Shown here: in pieces, positions 39,433 to 54,200 of the stretch | Layout: each line of letters opens with the position of its first letter | How positions within the stretch are numbered: the stretch's first letter is position 1 | Assembly: GCA_032718475.1 (NCBI GenBank) | Contig: JAUCBJ010008126.1 | Span: forward strand, 1 to 64,000 | Direction of reading: 5' to 3' | Source of the DNA: Nemertoderma westbladi | Taxonomy: Eukaryota; Animalia; Xenacoelomorpha | DNA: 64,000 nucleotides | Position numbers and translations under genes: made by a program | Notes under the pieces: generated by a model | Seen by the model: only the letters and a program-made list of their open reading frames with translations | Databases searched by the model: none | Told to the model about the DNA's origin: nothing

Positions 39433-42400
39433 CCCACCCCATTCTTCACCTAAACACCATACAGATTCCACCGTAATGCCCAATTTTACTATATTTAATT
39501 AAGATTTCTATCTCCGCGAGATAAAAAAATAGCCGTTTAAATGTCTGACAGAAGCGAAGCGGAATCCACCGATATAATAATTGTCGATCCAACTCCAACA
39601 ATATTTGGAGAATCAATCGATACCGAGCAAACCTTCCTAATTTCGCTATGTAGATGGAGAGATAAAACACAATTGCAGAGTTGAGCTGGTGTACCTTAAA
39701 GCGCTATTCTATAAGTATGATGGATCCATGTGATATCATAAGTGTGCCAGTTAAGCGCCTTGAACAAACATTTACAGGCCCATTCTCCGAAGCAAACTGC
39801 CCCTATTTCAATGGGCCACTAATGCAATATGGCCATTGGGATGATAAAGCTTGTCATATAGAGAGCGGTCCCTGATCAGCGGCATGTCGGATAAAATCAA
39901 TTGTCGCGACAAAGATAAACTGGGTTTTTTTAACACAAGCGTTTTTGATGTACAGCTGCCTTATTTAGTGTTTAACGAGAAGATAAGAGTGAATTAAGGT
40001 AATTGATTAATATAAAGCGGAATTGGTATTTAAATGAAAATGGTTTACCTTTGTAAATACGATAACGTAATTTTGTTGTATTTAAAGGCGGCCTACTGAC
40101 TCCAATACAGTTAATATCTTTCTCGAAAAATATCATTGAGAGAGAAACTAGTCTAGCCAATAGATTTGAATTACCCCCGACGTTTTTTAATCCCGTTCGA
40201 ATGAGTATGTAAAAGTCTGGAAAACAAAACAAAACATTACGAAACCGACATGGGGAGACGTCAGGGCCATCCCAGTGGCGTGGTGGCCATACATCTATTC
40301 GGGAAAATCCCATCTTATATTAGTAATAACAATGTAATAAAGTAAAATAATGATAGCGATGAGCGTGAAACACGAAACACCGGAGACAACCCGAAGGCTC
40401 CTCTCTCTTGGCTGTTACCTATAAGCCAGGGAAGGCGCCACAATAACTCCCAAGGTAAACAAGCCAATCCCTTCTTTACGTCCCAGCAGAAGACAAGTTC
40501 CTATTGACCGATGGCTTAGCGTTACAGTTCACAGACGCGCAACAGAATGTATTAGCTATGGGCACAACAGTGCGAAATTACTTCAGTCTCTTTACCTGTG
40601 CCGACAAACACTTTTGTGAAAACAGACCAGGCGCTGTATTATTATCTATGTATTACCCCCCCCCCCCCCCCCCCCCCACCGCATTATTATTAATTCATTT
40701 AACGATAACGTCATGTTATAATTCCCCATATTGAGGGCAATATTTTAACAAAAGTATTCAAAAACTTTTTCAGTATCAAAATGTTATCTATTATTTCTCC
40801 ATCGTTTGGCAAGTGGCTCGCCCCCATTTGTTGCTCGACACATATTTACCACTGTAAGTTTAATATATCGAAAATATTGTTTAAAATAAAGGACACCGCG
40901 TGATATTTTGATGCTACTAAACTCATGTTCTATTTCTGAGTCCGTGGTATGTAAAACATAAATGAACCCATCAATACGGGAATACGGCGTTTAAAAATCA
41001 GATAAGAACAAAATGCGTGCTTTAGAACAGCGAAATATTGAGATTAGCTGGATAAAATAGTGAATAGCTTACGAAGGTGGGGCAATTTCTTTGGATTAGC
41101 GATGTAATTTATCCTAATGTTGACTTAAATTCGCGTATTAACAGCCTTAAACTGATGGTTTCAAAGGCTTCTTCATTAGCATAACTTACGCAAACTGGGC
41201 AGGGCAAAGCAAGCAGATAAGGATTCCTCGATGAATCAACGGCACCGTAAACTAAACGGATAAGATACTTTGGGTTTATAAAAATCGGCCATATTGAGGC
41301 AACATTACAGTATACGTCCAACATAGGCGATGTGATGATACGATTATTAGAACGCGGACGTGTGGGAGTTTCAAGTTTCTACGTTGGAACGGCGGGCAAT
41401 ATGGGCGGTTTAAACGAGGCAACTTGGTGAGCAACTCGGGTTGATCCATGTAAATACGAAGTTGGTGTAAAAAAGTTTCCATCCTTACAATGCAAATAAG
41501 CTAAGTTGTTAAAAATTAAGTTGCTAAGTTGCTGAACAAGTTGCCACGTATAAACCGGCCGGTGCGGTGGTTTGGATTATTTGTATAAAAGTTTATGTTT
41601 AGATTTACAACTTTTATTCTTTGCTACTTAAAGATGTTCACACTACAATATTATTCCCTGGCCTCTTGGTTTAATAATTTGGCATACAATAACAGGTGGT
41701 CAATTCCACCTGTACTATCAACACGAGAAGCAATGTAAGTTCGATTATTTTATTTTATGTGTGTGACTAACTTTTGGAAGGGATGTGACTTTCATATTTA
41801 TATTACCCTATTAATGGTGGAGGAAATTTTAATATACCGTCAATTATTGGATAACCCGAAAATGTTAGAGATTTCTACTCTGATGATGATTTTGGTGTTC
41901 TGTACAACGTATTGGAGTTGGAGTGGCTCACAGGTTGATACGTAGCTTATAAAAAGTTTCTTATAGCGCTCTAGTGTTGGCCTTTATGTAAAAAATAATG
42001 CAGGACAAACTCCTGACAGTGTGTATCTCACGCTCACCTATGGATCGCTATGTAGGTCACGTTGACGACTTCTGTCTCTAGAGTCATATAGGATTAGGGT
42101 TAGGGATAAAGTTAAGAGGAAACATGGTCTACCGTCGGACAGTTGTGGGAATTAGCCCAGTTGAGAAATACCTTACAAGTGGGACTTTCCCATACGGGAG
42201 TGCAGTCTACGCTTCTCAATGGCAGGGCAGCCCTGTTGGCTCTCACCACAGAACACACCAACTCCTTGGTACGAAACAAACCCCAGAATGTTAAAAGCCC
42301 CCCTTTGGTGTATTGGTGTTCGTTCAATCCTTTGACTTTATTCGCTTTTCTGGCTCAAGAGGTCGTGGTTTTGAGCGCATTAAGGGGGTCAGGAAAATTG

Positions 42401-43083
42401 TCATTTTAGGTTTAATGAATGCTTTAATGGAATAGCTAGGCAGAGGCCCTGTCTGTTCATGGTCTCTAAATGAGATGAGACATTATCGCCTGGCTGGTTT
42501 CCCACTGACTACTTCTCTCTCTCACTGTTCTGTTCCGGCCTATATTCTCAATTCCATCGACAAGCAGTAAGCTGAGTGTAACGACAAACTTTTAATTTAC
42601 TTTACTCACTGCACTACGCCCGTTCTTGCTACGTGTAACGTCTCTAAAGTGTTACATTACACATTAGCAATAAGTACAAAATTGGTATTACGGACTCCTC
42701 TTTGTTCCCAGCAGTTTCAGTTTATTTACCGCACACATTCTCACTCTCATGGGTTCTCACTTCTGCTCCACTACTGGCGCTTTAACTCCCGCTCATGGAC
42801 GGCTCTGCTGTTTCATCTTCACCCAATGAAAAGTATCCCAGCTACGCGTTTATGCCAGTAAATAAGATTATATTCCATTGGCTACTATTCGGTAATTGAA
42901 TTTATGCTATAGGCTAATTTATTTGGGCCCAAATCGAACAGCCAATTAGGACAAAACATCAGGTATTCTCATCCAACCAAACACAAGAAGCTCTAATATC
43001 TTTCATAATTCAATTACTTCCGATTAACTCTTTAATACGTTTTGCTCCACCCCCAACAGGCATTACTACTCGCTCATCTGTTG

Positions 43084-43090
43084 TATAAAA
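43084..43090 (+). promoter_or_regulatory. Candidate TATA box of the homeobox gene
   Basis: TATAAAA lies ~80 bp upstream of ATG 43167. CCAAT is present at ~42942. Confidence 0.45.
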
Positions 43091-43166
43091 GTTTCTGATT
43101 GCAATGGAACATTTTATTTCTGTAAACAGTTTCACTTCCCTAAACAGCTGTGTCAAAGAACCTATA

Positions 43167-43587
43167 ATGGATTCTGTCGCCTCAAACGAAATTCCAAGAC
43201 AATCGAAGTACTTACCATTCTCAATAGCATCTCTGTTAGATACACACCGGAAGGATGTTGAGGTAGGGAATCCCGAGTTGTCCGACAGTGAGGGGTGTCC
43301 GAGTCCAGATTCCGACGCACAGTATTCGGTCGGATCTCCGAACGATCATCACAAACACCCCATGATCCCGGTAATGTGCAACACAATGCGTCAACTCGAC
43401 ACCGCTGGCCCCAGTATGCCTGCGGCGGATGGAGACAGTTACTTTCAACCCAGACAATCCACTGCTGACATGCTTCCTGTTAGCGGTATACCCAGACTCC
43501 AATCTGCAACATTTCCTCAGCCAATCAACCCCCAGACTAATCATCATTGGCTATATACTTCCCGATACGACCATCAATATTTTCCAA
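43167..43587 (+). CDS. Nedx: Homeobox gene exon 1 with eh1/TN Groucho-binding motif (LPFSIASLL); upstream in-frame ATG at 43104 is an alternative start
   Basis: Open frame MDSVASNE...YFP containing an FSIxxLL eh1 motif. The donor A|GTAAGT (phase 1) joins in frame to the homeobox exon (A+AC = Asn). Confidence 0.85.
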
Positions 43588-43712
43588 GTAAGTTAAACTC
43601 CTACAATATAAATTTAATTAACATAAACTCTAACGTTGGGGCGTTCAATTTCTCGTTTATTTATTTAAGTTTTTTAATTTCTAGCCAAATCACATGCAGT
43701 AAAATACCTTAT

Positions 43713-44477
43713 CACCGCGTTTGTTTAACCCTATTAGCACCGCGTTCGTTTAACCCTATTAGCACCGCGTTTGTTTAACCCTATTAGCACCGCGTTTGTT
43801 TAACCCTATTAGCACCGCGTCTGTTTAACCCTATTAGCACCGCGTTTGTTTAACCCTATTAGCACCGCGTTTGTTTAACCCTATTAGCACCGCGTTTGTT
43901 TAACCCTATTAGCACCGCGTCTGTTTAACCCTATTAGCACCGCGTTTGTTTAACCCTATTAGCACCGCGTTTGTTTAACCCTATTAGCACCGCGTTTGTT
44001 TAATCCTATTAGCACCGCGTTTGTTTAACCCTATTAGCACCGCGTTTGTTTAACCCTATTAGCACCGCGTTTGTTTAACCCTATTAGCACCGCGTTTGTT
44101 TAACCCTATTAGCACCGCGTTTGTTTAACCCTATTAGCACCGCGTTTGTTTAACCCTATTAGCACCGCGTTTGTTTAAACCTATTAGCACCGCGTTTGTT
44201 TAACCCTATTAGCACCGCGTTTGTTTAACCCTATTAGCACCGCGTTTGTTTAACCCTATTAGCACCGCGTTTGTTTAACCCTATTAGCACCGCGTTTGTT
44301 TAACCCTATTAGCACCGCGTTTGTTTAACCCTATTAGCACCGCGTTTGTTTAACCCTATTAGCACCGCGTTTGTTTAACCCTATTAGCACCGCGTTTGTT
44401 TAACCCTATTAGCACCGCGTTTGTTTAACCCTATTAGCACCGCGTTTGTTTAACCCTATTAGCACCGCGTTGTTTAA
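43713..44477. repeat. 25-bp minisatellite in homeobox intron 1 (CACCGCGTTTGTTTAACCCTATTAG), ~30 copies
   Basis: Tandem units read directly; near-perfect. Confidence 0.97.
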
Positions 44478-45041
44478 ATAATCCAAAGCTCTTCTTCCGC
44501 TTATCAAATTAAAGTTATTTTAACAATTTGAACTTTCCAAGAGGACGACGCATCGACAATGTATATAAAGAAATACAATATCGCACATGTATTATTATTA
44601 TTATTATTACTTTTATTTAATCGGACCGTGGCCTATTGTACATACAATAAATGTTTTATAATTAATGATAATTAATTAATTTATAATTAATTATAGCACA
44701 ACAATATAATTATTACAAATAATTACGTTAGTAGTGTGTTACAACGGCCCCGAAGGACTGAATCAGATAAACCGTTATAACAAGCAGAAATAAGATAGTT
44801 ATTAGACTTCGATATACGATTCAACAGGGAGTAAATAGGTACCCGGAGTGTAGTCGTAAAGGTATTAACGCGATTTTGGACGAATATGGTGTCGGCATCG
44901 CCGTTTCTACTATATTTAAATAACTATTGTATTGCAATATTGAAAGGCAAAACACCAGATCTTTGGATCTTTCCACTTTATACTGGAATCGTTCTTCTAC
45001 TATATTTCACATGTAAATATAAATTATTCGTTCTTTGATAG

Positions 45042-45240
45042 ACCAGAAATCGTTCCCTCGACGTCCCCGCAAACCCGGTGTGGAACGGAAACCGAGACAG
45101 GCTTATTCCGCGAAACAGTTGGAACGATTAGAGGAAGAATTCCGCAAGGATAAATACCTCAGTGTCAGTAAACGACTAGATCTATCGGTAAATCTGGGGC
45201 TAACTGAAGTGCAAATAAAAACCTGGTTCCAGAACAGAAG
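45042..45240 (+). CDS. Nedx: Homeobox gene exon 2: ANTP-class NK-like homeodomain to residue 53, Nedx/lms/ceh-19-like
   Basis: TTTGATAG| acceptor. RKPRQAYSAKQLERLEEEFRKDKYLSVSKRLDLSVNLGLTEVQIKTWFQNR(R). The RKPRQAYS and DKYLSV signatures are as I recall for Drosophila lms and C. elegans ceh-19. Donor AG|GTAAGA is phase 2 within R53. Exon 3 is not in the window. Confidence 0.88.
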
Positions 45241-48200
45241 GTAAGACATACTGGTTCCAGAACAGAAGGTAAGACATAACGGTTCCAGAACAGAAGGTAA
45301 GACATAACGGTTCCAGAACAGAAGGTAAGACATAACGGTTCCAGAACAGAAGGTAAGACATACTGGTTCCAGAACAGAAGGTAAGACATACTGGTTCCAG
45401 AACAGAAGGTAAGACATAACGGTTCCAGAACAGAAGGTAAGACATAACGGTTCCAGAACAGAAGGTAAGACATACTGGTTCCAGAACAGAAGGTAAGACA
45501 TACTGGTTCCAGAACAGAAGGTAAGACATACTGGTTCCAGAACAGAAGGTAAGACATACTGGTTCCAGAACAGAAGGTAAGACATACTGGTTCCAGAACA
45601 GAAGGTAAGACATAACGGTTCCAGAACAGAAGGTAAGACATACTGGTTCCAGAACAGAAGGTAAGACATAACGGTTCCAGAACAGAAGGTAAGACATACT
45701 GGTTCCAGAACAGAAGGTAAGACATACTGGTTCCAGAACAGAAGGTAAGACATACTGGTTCCAGAACAGAAGGTAAGACATACTGGTTCCAGAACAGAAG
45801 GTAAGACATAACGGTTCCAGAACAGAAGGTAAGACATAACTGGTTCCAGAACAGAAGGTAAGACATACTGGTTCCAGAACAGAAGGTAAGACATAACGGT
45901 TCCAGAACAGAAGGTAAGACATAACGGTTCCAGAACAGAAGGTAAGACATACTGGTTCCAGAACAGAAGGTAAGACATAACGGTTCCAGAACAGAAGGTA
46001 AGACATACTGGTTCCAGAACAGAAGGTAAGACATACTGGTTCCAGAACAGAAGGTAAGACATAACGGTTCCAGAACAGAAGGTAAGACATACTGGTTCCA
46101 GAACAGAAGGTAAGACATAACTGGTTCCAGAACAGAAGGTAAGACATACTGGTTCCAGAACAGAAGGTAAGACATACTGGTTCCAGAACAGAAGGTAAGA
46201 CATACTGGTTCCAGAACAGAAGGTAAGACATAACTGGTTCCAGAACAGAAGGTAAGACATACTGGTTCCAGAACAGAAGGTAAGACATAACGGTTCCAGA
46301 ACAGAAGGTAAGACATAACTGGTTCCAGAACAGAAGGTAAGACATACTGGTTCCAGAACAGAAGGTAAGACATACTGGTTCCAGAACAGAAGGTAAGACA
46401 TACTGGTTCCAGAACAGAAGGTAAGACATACTGGTTCCAGAACAGAAGGTAAGACATACTGGTTCCAGAACAGAAGGTAAGACATACTGGTTCCAGAACA
46501 GAAGGTAAGACATAACTGGTTCCAGAACAGAAGGTAAGACATACTGGTTCCAGAACAGAAGGTAAGACATACTGGTTCCAGAACAGAAGGTAAGACATAC
46601 TGGTTCCAGAACAGAAGGTAAGACATACTGGTTCCAGAACAGAAGGTAAGACATAACTGGTTCCAGAACAGAAGGTAAGACATACTGGTTCCAGAACAGA
46701 AGGTAAGACATACTGGTTCCAGAACAGAAGGTAAGACATACTGGTTCCAGAACAGAAGGTAAGACATACTGGTTCCAGAACAGAAGGTAAGACATACTGG
46801 TTCCAGAACAGAAGGTAAGACATACTGGTTCCAGAACAGAAGGTAAGACATACTGGTTCCAGAACAGAAGGTAAGACATACTGGTTCCAGAACAGAAGGT
46901 AAGACATACTGGTTCCAGAACAGAAGGTAAGACATACTGGTTCCAGAACAGAAGGTAAGACATAACTGGTTCCAGAACAGAAGGTAAGACATACTGGTTC
47001 CAGAACAGAAGGTAAGACATACTGGTTCCAGAACAGAAGGTAAGACATACTGGTTCCAGAACAGAAGGTAAGACATACTGGTTCCAGAACAGAAGGTAAG
47101 ACATACTGGTTCCAGAACAGAAGGTAAGACATACTGGTTCCAGAACAGAAGGTAAGACATACTGGTTCCAGAACAGAAGGTAAGACATACTGGTTCCAGA
47201 ACAGAAGGTAAGACATACTGGTTCCAGAACAGAAGGTAAGACATACTGGTTCCAGAACAGAAGGTAAGACATACTGGTTCCAGAACAGAAGGTAAGACAT
47301 ACTGGTTCCAGAACAGAAGGTAAGACATACTGGTTCCAGAACAGAAGGTAAGACATACTGGTTCCAGAACAGAAGGTAAGACATACTGGTTCCAGAACAG
47401 AAGGTAAGACATACTGGTTCCAGAACAGAAGGTAAGACATACTGGTTCCAGAACAGAAGGTAAGACATACTGGTTCCAGAACAGAAGGTAAGACATACTG
47501 GTTCCAGAACAGAAGGTAAGACATACTGGTTCCAGAACAGAAGGTAAGACATACTGGTTCCAGAACAGAAGGTAAGACATACTGGTTCCAGAACAGAAGG
47601 TAAGACATACTGGTTCCAGAACAGAAGGTAAGACATACTGGTTCCAGAACAGAAGGTAAGACATACTGGTTCCAGAACAGAAGGTAAGACATACTGGTTC
47701 CAGAACAGAAGGTAAGACATACTGGTTCCAGAACAGAAGGTAAGACATACTGGTTCCAGAACAGAAGGTAAGACATACTGGTTCCAGAACAGAAGGTAAG
47801 ACATACTGGTTCCAGAACAGAAGGTAAGACATACTGGTTCCAGAACAGAAGGTAAGACATACTGGTTCCAGAACAGAAGGTAAGACATACTGGTTCCAGA
47901 ACAGAAGGTAAGACATACTGGTTCCAGAACAGAAGGTAAGACATACTGGTTCCAGAACAGAAGGTAAGACATACTGGTTCCAGAACAGAAGGTAAGACAT
48001 ACTGGTTCCAGAACAGAAGGTAAGACATACTGGTTCCAGAACAGAAGGTAAGACATACTGGTTCCAGAACAGAAGGTAAGACATACTGGTTCCAGAACAG
48101 AAGGTAAGACATACTGGTTCCAGAACAGAAGGTAAGACATACTGGTTCCAGAACAGAAGGTAAGACATACTGGTTCCAGAACAGAAGGTAAGACATACTG

Positions 48201-51200
48201 GTTCCAGAACAGAAGGTAAGACATACTGGTTCCAGAACAGAAGGTAAGACATACTGGTTCCAGAACAGAAGGTAAGACATACTGGTTCCAGAACAGAAGG
48301 TAAGACATACTGGTTCCAGAACAGAAGGTAAGACATACTGGTTCCAGAACAGAAGGTAAGACATACTGGTTCCAGAACAGAAGGTAAGACATACTGGTTC
48401 CAGAACAGAAGGTAAGACATACTGGTTCCAGAACAGAAGGTAAGACATACTGGTTCCAGAACAGAAGGTAAGACATACTGGTTCCAGAACAGAAGGTAAG
48501 ACATACTGGTTCCAGAACAGAAGGTAAGACATACTGGTTCCAGAACAGAAGGTAAGACATACTGGTTCCAGAACAGAAGGTAAGACATACTGGTTCCAGA
48601 ACAGAAGGTAAGACATACTGGTTCCAGAACAGAAGGTAAGACATACTGGTTCCAGAACAGAAGGTAAGACATACTGGTTCCAGAACAGAAGGTAAGACAT
48701 ACTGGTTCCAGAACAGAAGGTAAGACATACTGGTTCCAGAACAGAAGGTAAGACATACTGGTTCCAGAACAGAAGGTAAGACATACTGGTTCCAGAACAG
48801 AAGGTAAGACATACTGGTTCCAGAACAGAAGGTAAGACATACTGGTTCCAGAACAGAAGGTAAGACATACTGGTTCCAGAACAGAAGGTAAGACATACTG
48901 GTTCCAGAACAGAAGGTAAGACATACTGGTTCCAGAACAGAAGGTAAGACATACTGGTTCCAGAACAGAAGGTAAGACATACTGGTTCCAGAACAGAAGG
49001 TAAGACATACTGGTTCCAGAACAGAAGGTAAGACATACTGGTTCCAGAACAGAAGGTAAGACATACTGGTTCCAGAACAGAAGGTAAGACATACTGGTTC
49101 CAGAACAGAAGGTAAGACATACTGGTTCCAGAACAGAAGGTAAGACATACTGGTTCCAGAACAGAAGGTAAGACATACTGGTTCCAGAACAGAAGGTAAG
49201 ACATACTGGTTCCAGAACAGAAGGTAAGACATACTGGTTCCAGAACAGAAGGTAAGACATACTGGTTCCAGAACAGAAGGTAAGACATACTGGTTCCAGA
49301 ACAGAAGGTAAGACATACTGGTTCCAGAACAGAAGGTAAGACATACTGGTTCCAGAACAGAAGGTAAGACATACTGGTTCCAGAACAGAAGGTAAGACAT
49401 ACTGGTTCCAGAACAGAAGGTAAGACATACTGGTTCCAGAACAGAAGGTAAGACATACTGGTTCCAGAACAGAAGGTAAGACATACTGGTTCCAGAACAG
49501 AAGGTAAGACATACTGGTTCCAGAACAGAAGGTAAGACATACTGGTTCCAGAACAGAAGGTAAGACATACTGGTTCCAGAACAGAAGGTAAGACATACTG
49601 GTTCCAGAACAGAAGGTAAGACATACTGGTTCCAGAACAGAAGGTAAGACATACTGGTTCCAGAACAGAAGGTAAGACATACTGGTTCCAGAACAGAAGG
49701 TAAGACATACTGGTTCCAGAACAGAAGGTAAGACATACTGGTTCCAGAACAGAAGGTAAGACATACTGGTTCCAGAACAGAAGGTAAGACATACTGGTTC
49801 CAGAACAGAAGGTAAGACATACTGGTTCCAGAACAGAAGGTAAGACATACTGGTTCCAGAACAGAAGGTAAGACATACTGGTTCCAGAACAGAAGGTAAG
49901 ACATACTGGTTCCAGAACAGAAGGTAAGACATACTGGTTCCAGAACAGAAGGTAAGACATACTGGTTCCAGAACAGAAGGTAAGACATACTGGTTCCAGA
50001 ACAGAAGGTAAGACATACTGGTTCCAGAACAGAAGGTAAGACATACTGGTTCCAGAACAGAAGGTAAGACATACTGGTTCCAGAACAGAAGGTAAGACAT
50101 ACTGGTTCCAGAACAGAAGGTAAGACATACTGGTTCCAGAACAGAAGGTAAGACATACTGGTTCCAGAACAGAAGGTAAGACATACTGGTTCCAGAACAG
50201 AAGGTAAGACATACTGGTTCCAGAACAGAAGGTAAGACATACTGGTTCCAGAACAGAAGGTAAGACATACTGGTTCCAGAACAGAAGGTAAGACATACTG
50301 GTTCCAGAACAGAAGGTAAGACATACTGGTTCCAGAACAGAAGGTAAGACATACTGGTTCCAGAACAGAAGGTAAGACATACTGGTTCCAGAACAGAAGG
50401 TAAGACATACTGGTTCCAGAACAGAAGGTAAGACATACTGGTTCCAGAACAGAAGGTAAGACATACTGGTTCCAGAACAGAAGGTAAGACATACTGGTTC
50501 CAGAACAGAAGGTAAGACATACTGGTTCCAGAACAGAAGGTAAGACATACTGGTTCCAGAACAGAAGGTAAGACATACTGGTTCCAGAACAGAAGGTAAG
50601 ACATACTGGTTCCAGAACAGAAGGTAAGACATACTGGTTCCAGAACAGAAGGTAAGACATACTGGTTCCAGAACAGAAGGTAAGACATACTGGTTCCAGA
50701 ACAGAAGGTAAGACATACTGGTTCCAGAACAGAAGGTAAGACATACTGGTTCCAGAACAGAAGGTAAGACATACTGGTTCCAGAACAGAAGGTAAGACAT
50801 ACTGGTTCCAGAACAGAAGGTAAGACATACTGGTTCCAGAACAGAAGGTAAGACATACTGGTTCCAGAACAGAAGGTAAGACATACTGGTTCCAGAACAG
50901 AAGGTAAGACATACTGGTTCCAGAACAGAAGGTAAGACATACTGGTTCCAGAACAGAAGGTAAGACATACTGGTTCCAGAACAGAAGGTAAGACATACTG
51001 GTTCCAGAACAGAAGGTAAGACATACTGGTTCCAGAACAGAAGGTAAGACATACTGGTTCCAGAACAGAAGGTAAGACATACTGGTTCCAGAACAGAAGG
51101 TAAGACATACTGGTTCCAGAACAGAAGGTAAGACATACTGGTTCCAGAACAGAAGGTAAGACATACTGGTTCCAGAACAGAAGGTAAGACATACTGGTTC

Positions 51201-54200
51201 CAGAACAGAAGGTAAGACATACTGGTTCCAGAACAGAAGGTAAGACATACTGGTTCCAGAACAGAAGGTAAGACATACTGGTTCCAGAACAGAAGGTAAG
51301 ACATACTGGTTCCAGAACAGAAGGTAAGACATACTGGTTCCAGAACAGAAGGTAAGACATACTGGTTCCAGAACAGAAGGTAAGACATACTGGTTCCAGA
51401 ACAGAAGGTAAGACATACTGGTTCCAGAACAGAAGGTAAGACATACTGGTTCCAGAACAGAAGGTAAGACATACTGGTTCCAGAACAGAAGGTAAGACAT
51501 ACTGGTTCCAGAACAGAAGGTAAGACATACTGGTTCCAGAACAGAAGGTAAGACATACTGGTTCCAGAACAGAAGGTAAGACATACTGGTTCCAGAACAG
51601 AAGGTAAGACATACTGGTTCCAGAACAGAAGGTAAGACATACTGGTTCCAGAACAGAAGGTAAGACATACTGGTTCCAGAACAGAAGGTAAGACATACTG
51701 GTTCCAGAACAGAAGGTAAGACATACTGGTTCCAGAACAGAAGGTAAGACATACTGGTTCCAGAACAGAAGGTAAGACATACTGGTTCCAGAACAGAAGG
51801 TAAGACATACTGGTTCCAGAACAGAAGGTAAGACATACTGGTTCCAGAACAGAAGGTAAGACATACTGGTTCCAGAACAGAAGGTAAGACATACTGGTTC
51901 CAGAACAGAAGGTAAGACATACTGGTTCCAGAACAGAAGGTAAGACATACTGGTTCCAGAACAGAAGGTAAGACATACTGGTTCCAGAACAGAAGGTAAG
52001 ACATACTGGTTCCAGAACAGAAGGTAAGACATACTGGTTCCAGAACAGAAGGTAAGACATACTGGTTCCAGAACAGAAGGTAAGACATACTGGTTCCAGA
52101 ACAGAAGGTAAGACATACTGGTTCCAGAACAGAAGGTAAGACATACTGGTTCCAGAACAGAAGGTAAGACATACTGGTTCCAGAACAGAAGGTAAGACAT
52201 ACTGGTTCCAGAACAGAAGGTAAGACATACTGGTTCCAGAACAGAAGGTAAGACATACTGGTTCCAGAACAGAAGGTAAGACATACTGGTTCCAGAACAG
52301 AAGGTAAGACATACTGGTTCCAGAACAGAAGGTAAGACATACTGGTTCCAGAACAGAAGGTAAGACATACTGGTTCCAGAACAGAAGGTAAGACATACTG
52401 GTTCCAGAACAGAAGGTAAGACATACTGGTTCCAGAACAGAAGGTAAGACATACTGGTTCCAGAACAGAAGGTAAGACATACTGGTTCCAGAACAGAAGG
52501 TAAGACATACTGGTTCCAGAACAGAAGGTAAGACATACTGGTTCCAGAACAGAAGGTAAGACATACTGGTTCCAGAACAGAAGGTAAGACATACTGGTTC
52601 CAGAACAGAAGGTAAGACATACTGGTTCCAGAACAGAAGGTAAGACATACTGGTTCCAGAACAGAAGGTAAGACATACTGGTTCCAGAACAGAAGGTAAG
52701 ACATACTGGTTCCAGAACAGAAGGTAAGACATACTGGTTCCAGAACAGAAGGTAAGACATACTGGTTCCAGAACAGAAGGTAAGACATACTGGTTCCAGA
52801 ACAGAAGGTAAGACATACTGGTTCCAGAACAGAAGGTAAGACATACTGGTTCCAGAACAGAAGGTAAGACATACTGGTTCCAGAACAGAAGGTAAGACAT
52901 ACTGGTTCCAGAACAGAAGGTAAGACATACTGGTTCCAGAACAGAAGGTAAGACATACTGGTTCCAGAACAGAAGGTAAGACATACTGGTTCCAGAACAG
53001 AAGGTAAGACATACTGGTTCCAGAACAGAAGGTAAGACATACTGGTTCCAGAACAGAAGGTAAGACATACTGGTTCCAGAACAGAAGGTAAGACATACTG
53101 GTTCCAGAACAGAAGGTAAGACATACTGGTTCCAGAACAGAAGGTAAGACATACTGGTTCCAGAACAGAAGGTAAGACATACTGGTTCCAGAACAGAAGG
53201 TAAGACATACTGGTTCCAGAACAGAAGGTAAGACATACTGGTTCCAGAACAGAAGGTAAGACATACTGGTTCCAGAACAGAAGGTAAGACATACTGGTTC
53301 CAGAACAGAAGGTAAGACATACTGGTTCCAGAACAGAAGGTAAGACATACTGGTTCCAGAACAGAAGGTAAGACATACTGGTTCCAGAACAGAAGGTAAG
53401 ACATACTGGTTCCAGAACAGAAGGTAAGACATACTGGTTCCAGAACAGAAGGTAAGACATACTGGTTCCAGAACAGAAGGTAAGACATACTGGTTCCAGA
53501 ACAGAAGGTAAGACATACTGGTTCCAGAACAGAAGGTAAGACATACTGGTTCCAGAACAGAAGGTAAGACATACTGGTTCCAGAACAGAAGGTAAGACAT
53601 ACTGGTTCCAGAACAGAAGGTAAGACATACTGGTTCCAGAACAGAAGGTAAGACATACTGGTTCCAGAACAGAAGGTAAGACATACTGGTTCCAGAACAG
53701 AAGGTAAGACATACTGGTTCCAGAACAGAAGGTAAGACATACTGGTTCCAGAACAGAAGGTAAGACATACTGGTTCCAGAACAGAAGGTAAGACATACTG
53801 GTTCCAGAACAGAAGGTAAGACATACTGGTTCCAGAACAGAAGGTAAGACATACTGGTTCCAGAACAGAAGGTAAGACATACTGGTTCCAGAACAGAAGG
53901 TAAGACATACTGGTTCCAGAACAGAAGGTAAGACATAACTGGTTCCAGAACAGAAGGTAAGACATACTGGTTCCAGAACAGAAGGTAAGACATACTGGTT
54001 CCAGAACAGAAGGTAAGACATACTGGTTCCAGAACAGAAGGTAAGACATACTGGTTCCAGAACAGAAGGTAAGACATACTGGTTCCAGAACAGAAGGTAA
54101 GACATACTGGTTCCAGAACAGAAGGTAAGACATACTGGTTCCAGAACAGAAGGTAAGACATACTGGTTCCAGAACAGAAGGTAAGACATACTGGTTCCAG

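Noticed and set aside
34661-39502. Pro/Gln/Ser-rich 931-aa ORF and Gly/Trp-rich antisense ORFs (mucin/extensin-like)
   Set aside because: The 23-bp unit is not a multiple of 3, so the same peptide cycles through all frames. T-poor composition explains the lack of stops.
39500-43050. Short ORFs upstream of the homeobox gene
   Set aside because: No recognisable motifs or consistent splice phases; probably intergenic or regulatory sequence.
43588-43778. C-terminal 63 aa of the 224-aa ORF 43104-43778
   Set aside because: Read-through past the GTAAGT donor into AT-rich intron 1 and the 25-bp repeat.
45223-45250. Intron 2 as a brand-new intron created solely by the tandem duplication
   Set aside because: The sequence after AG is GTAAGACATA, which gives an in-frame stop rather than homeodomain residues 54-60. 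The donor therefore pre-existed and was copied. The far end is not visible to confirm this.
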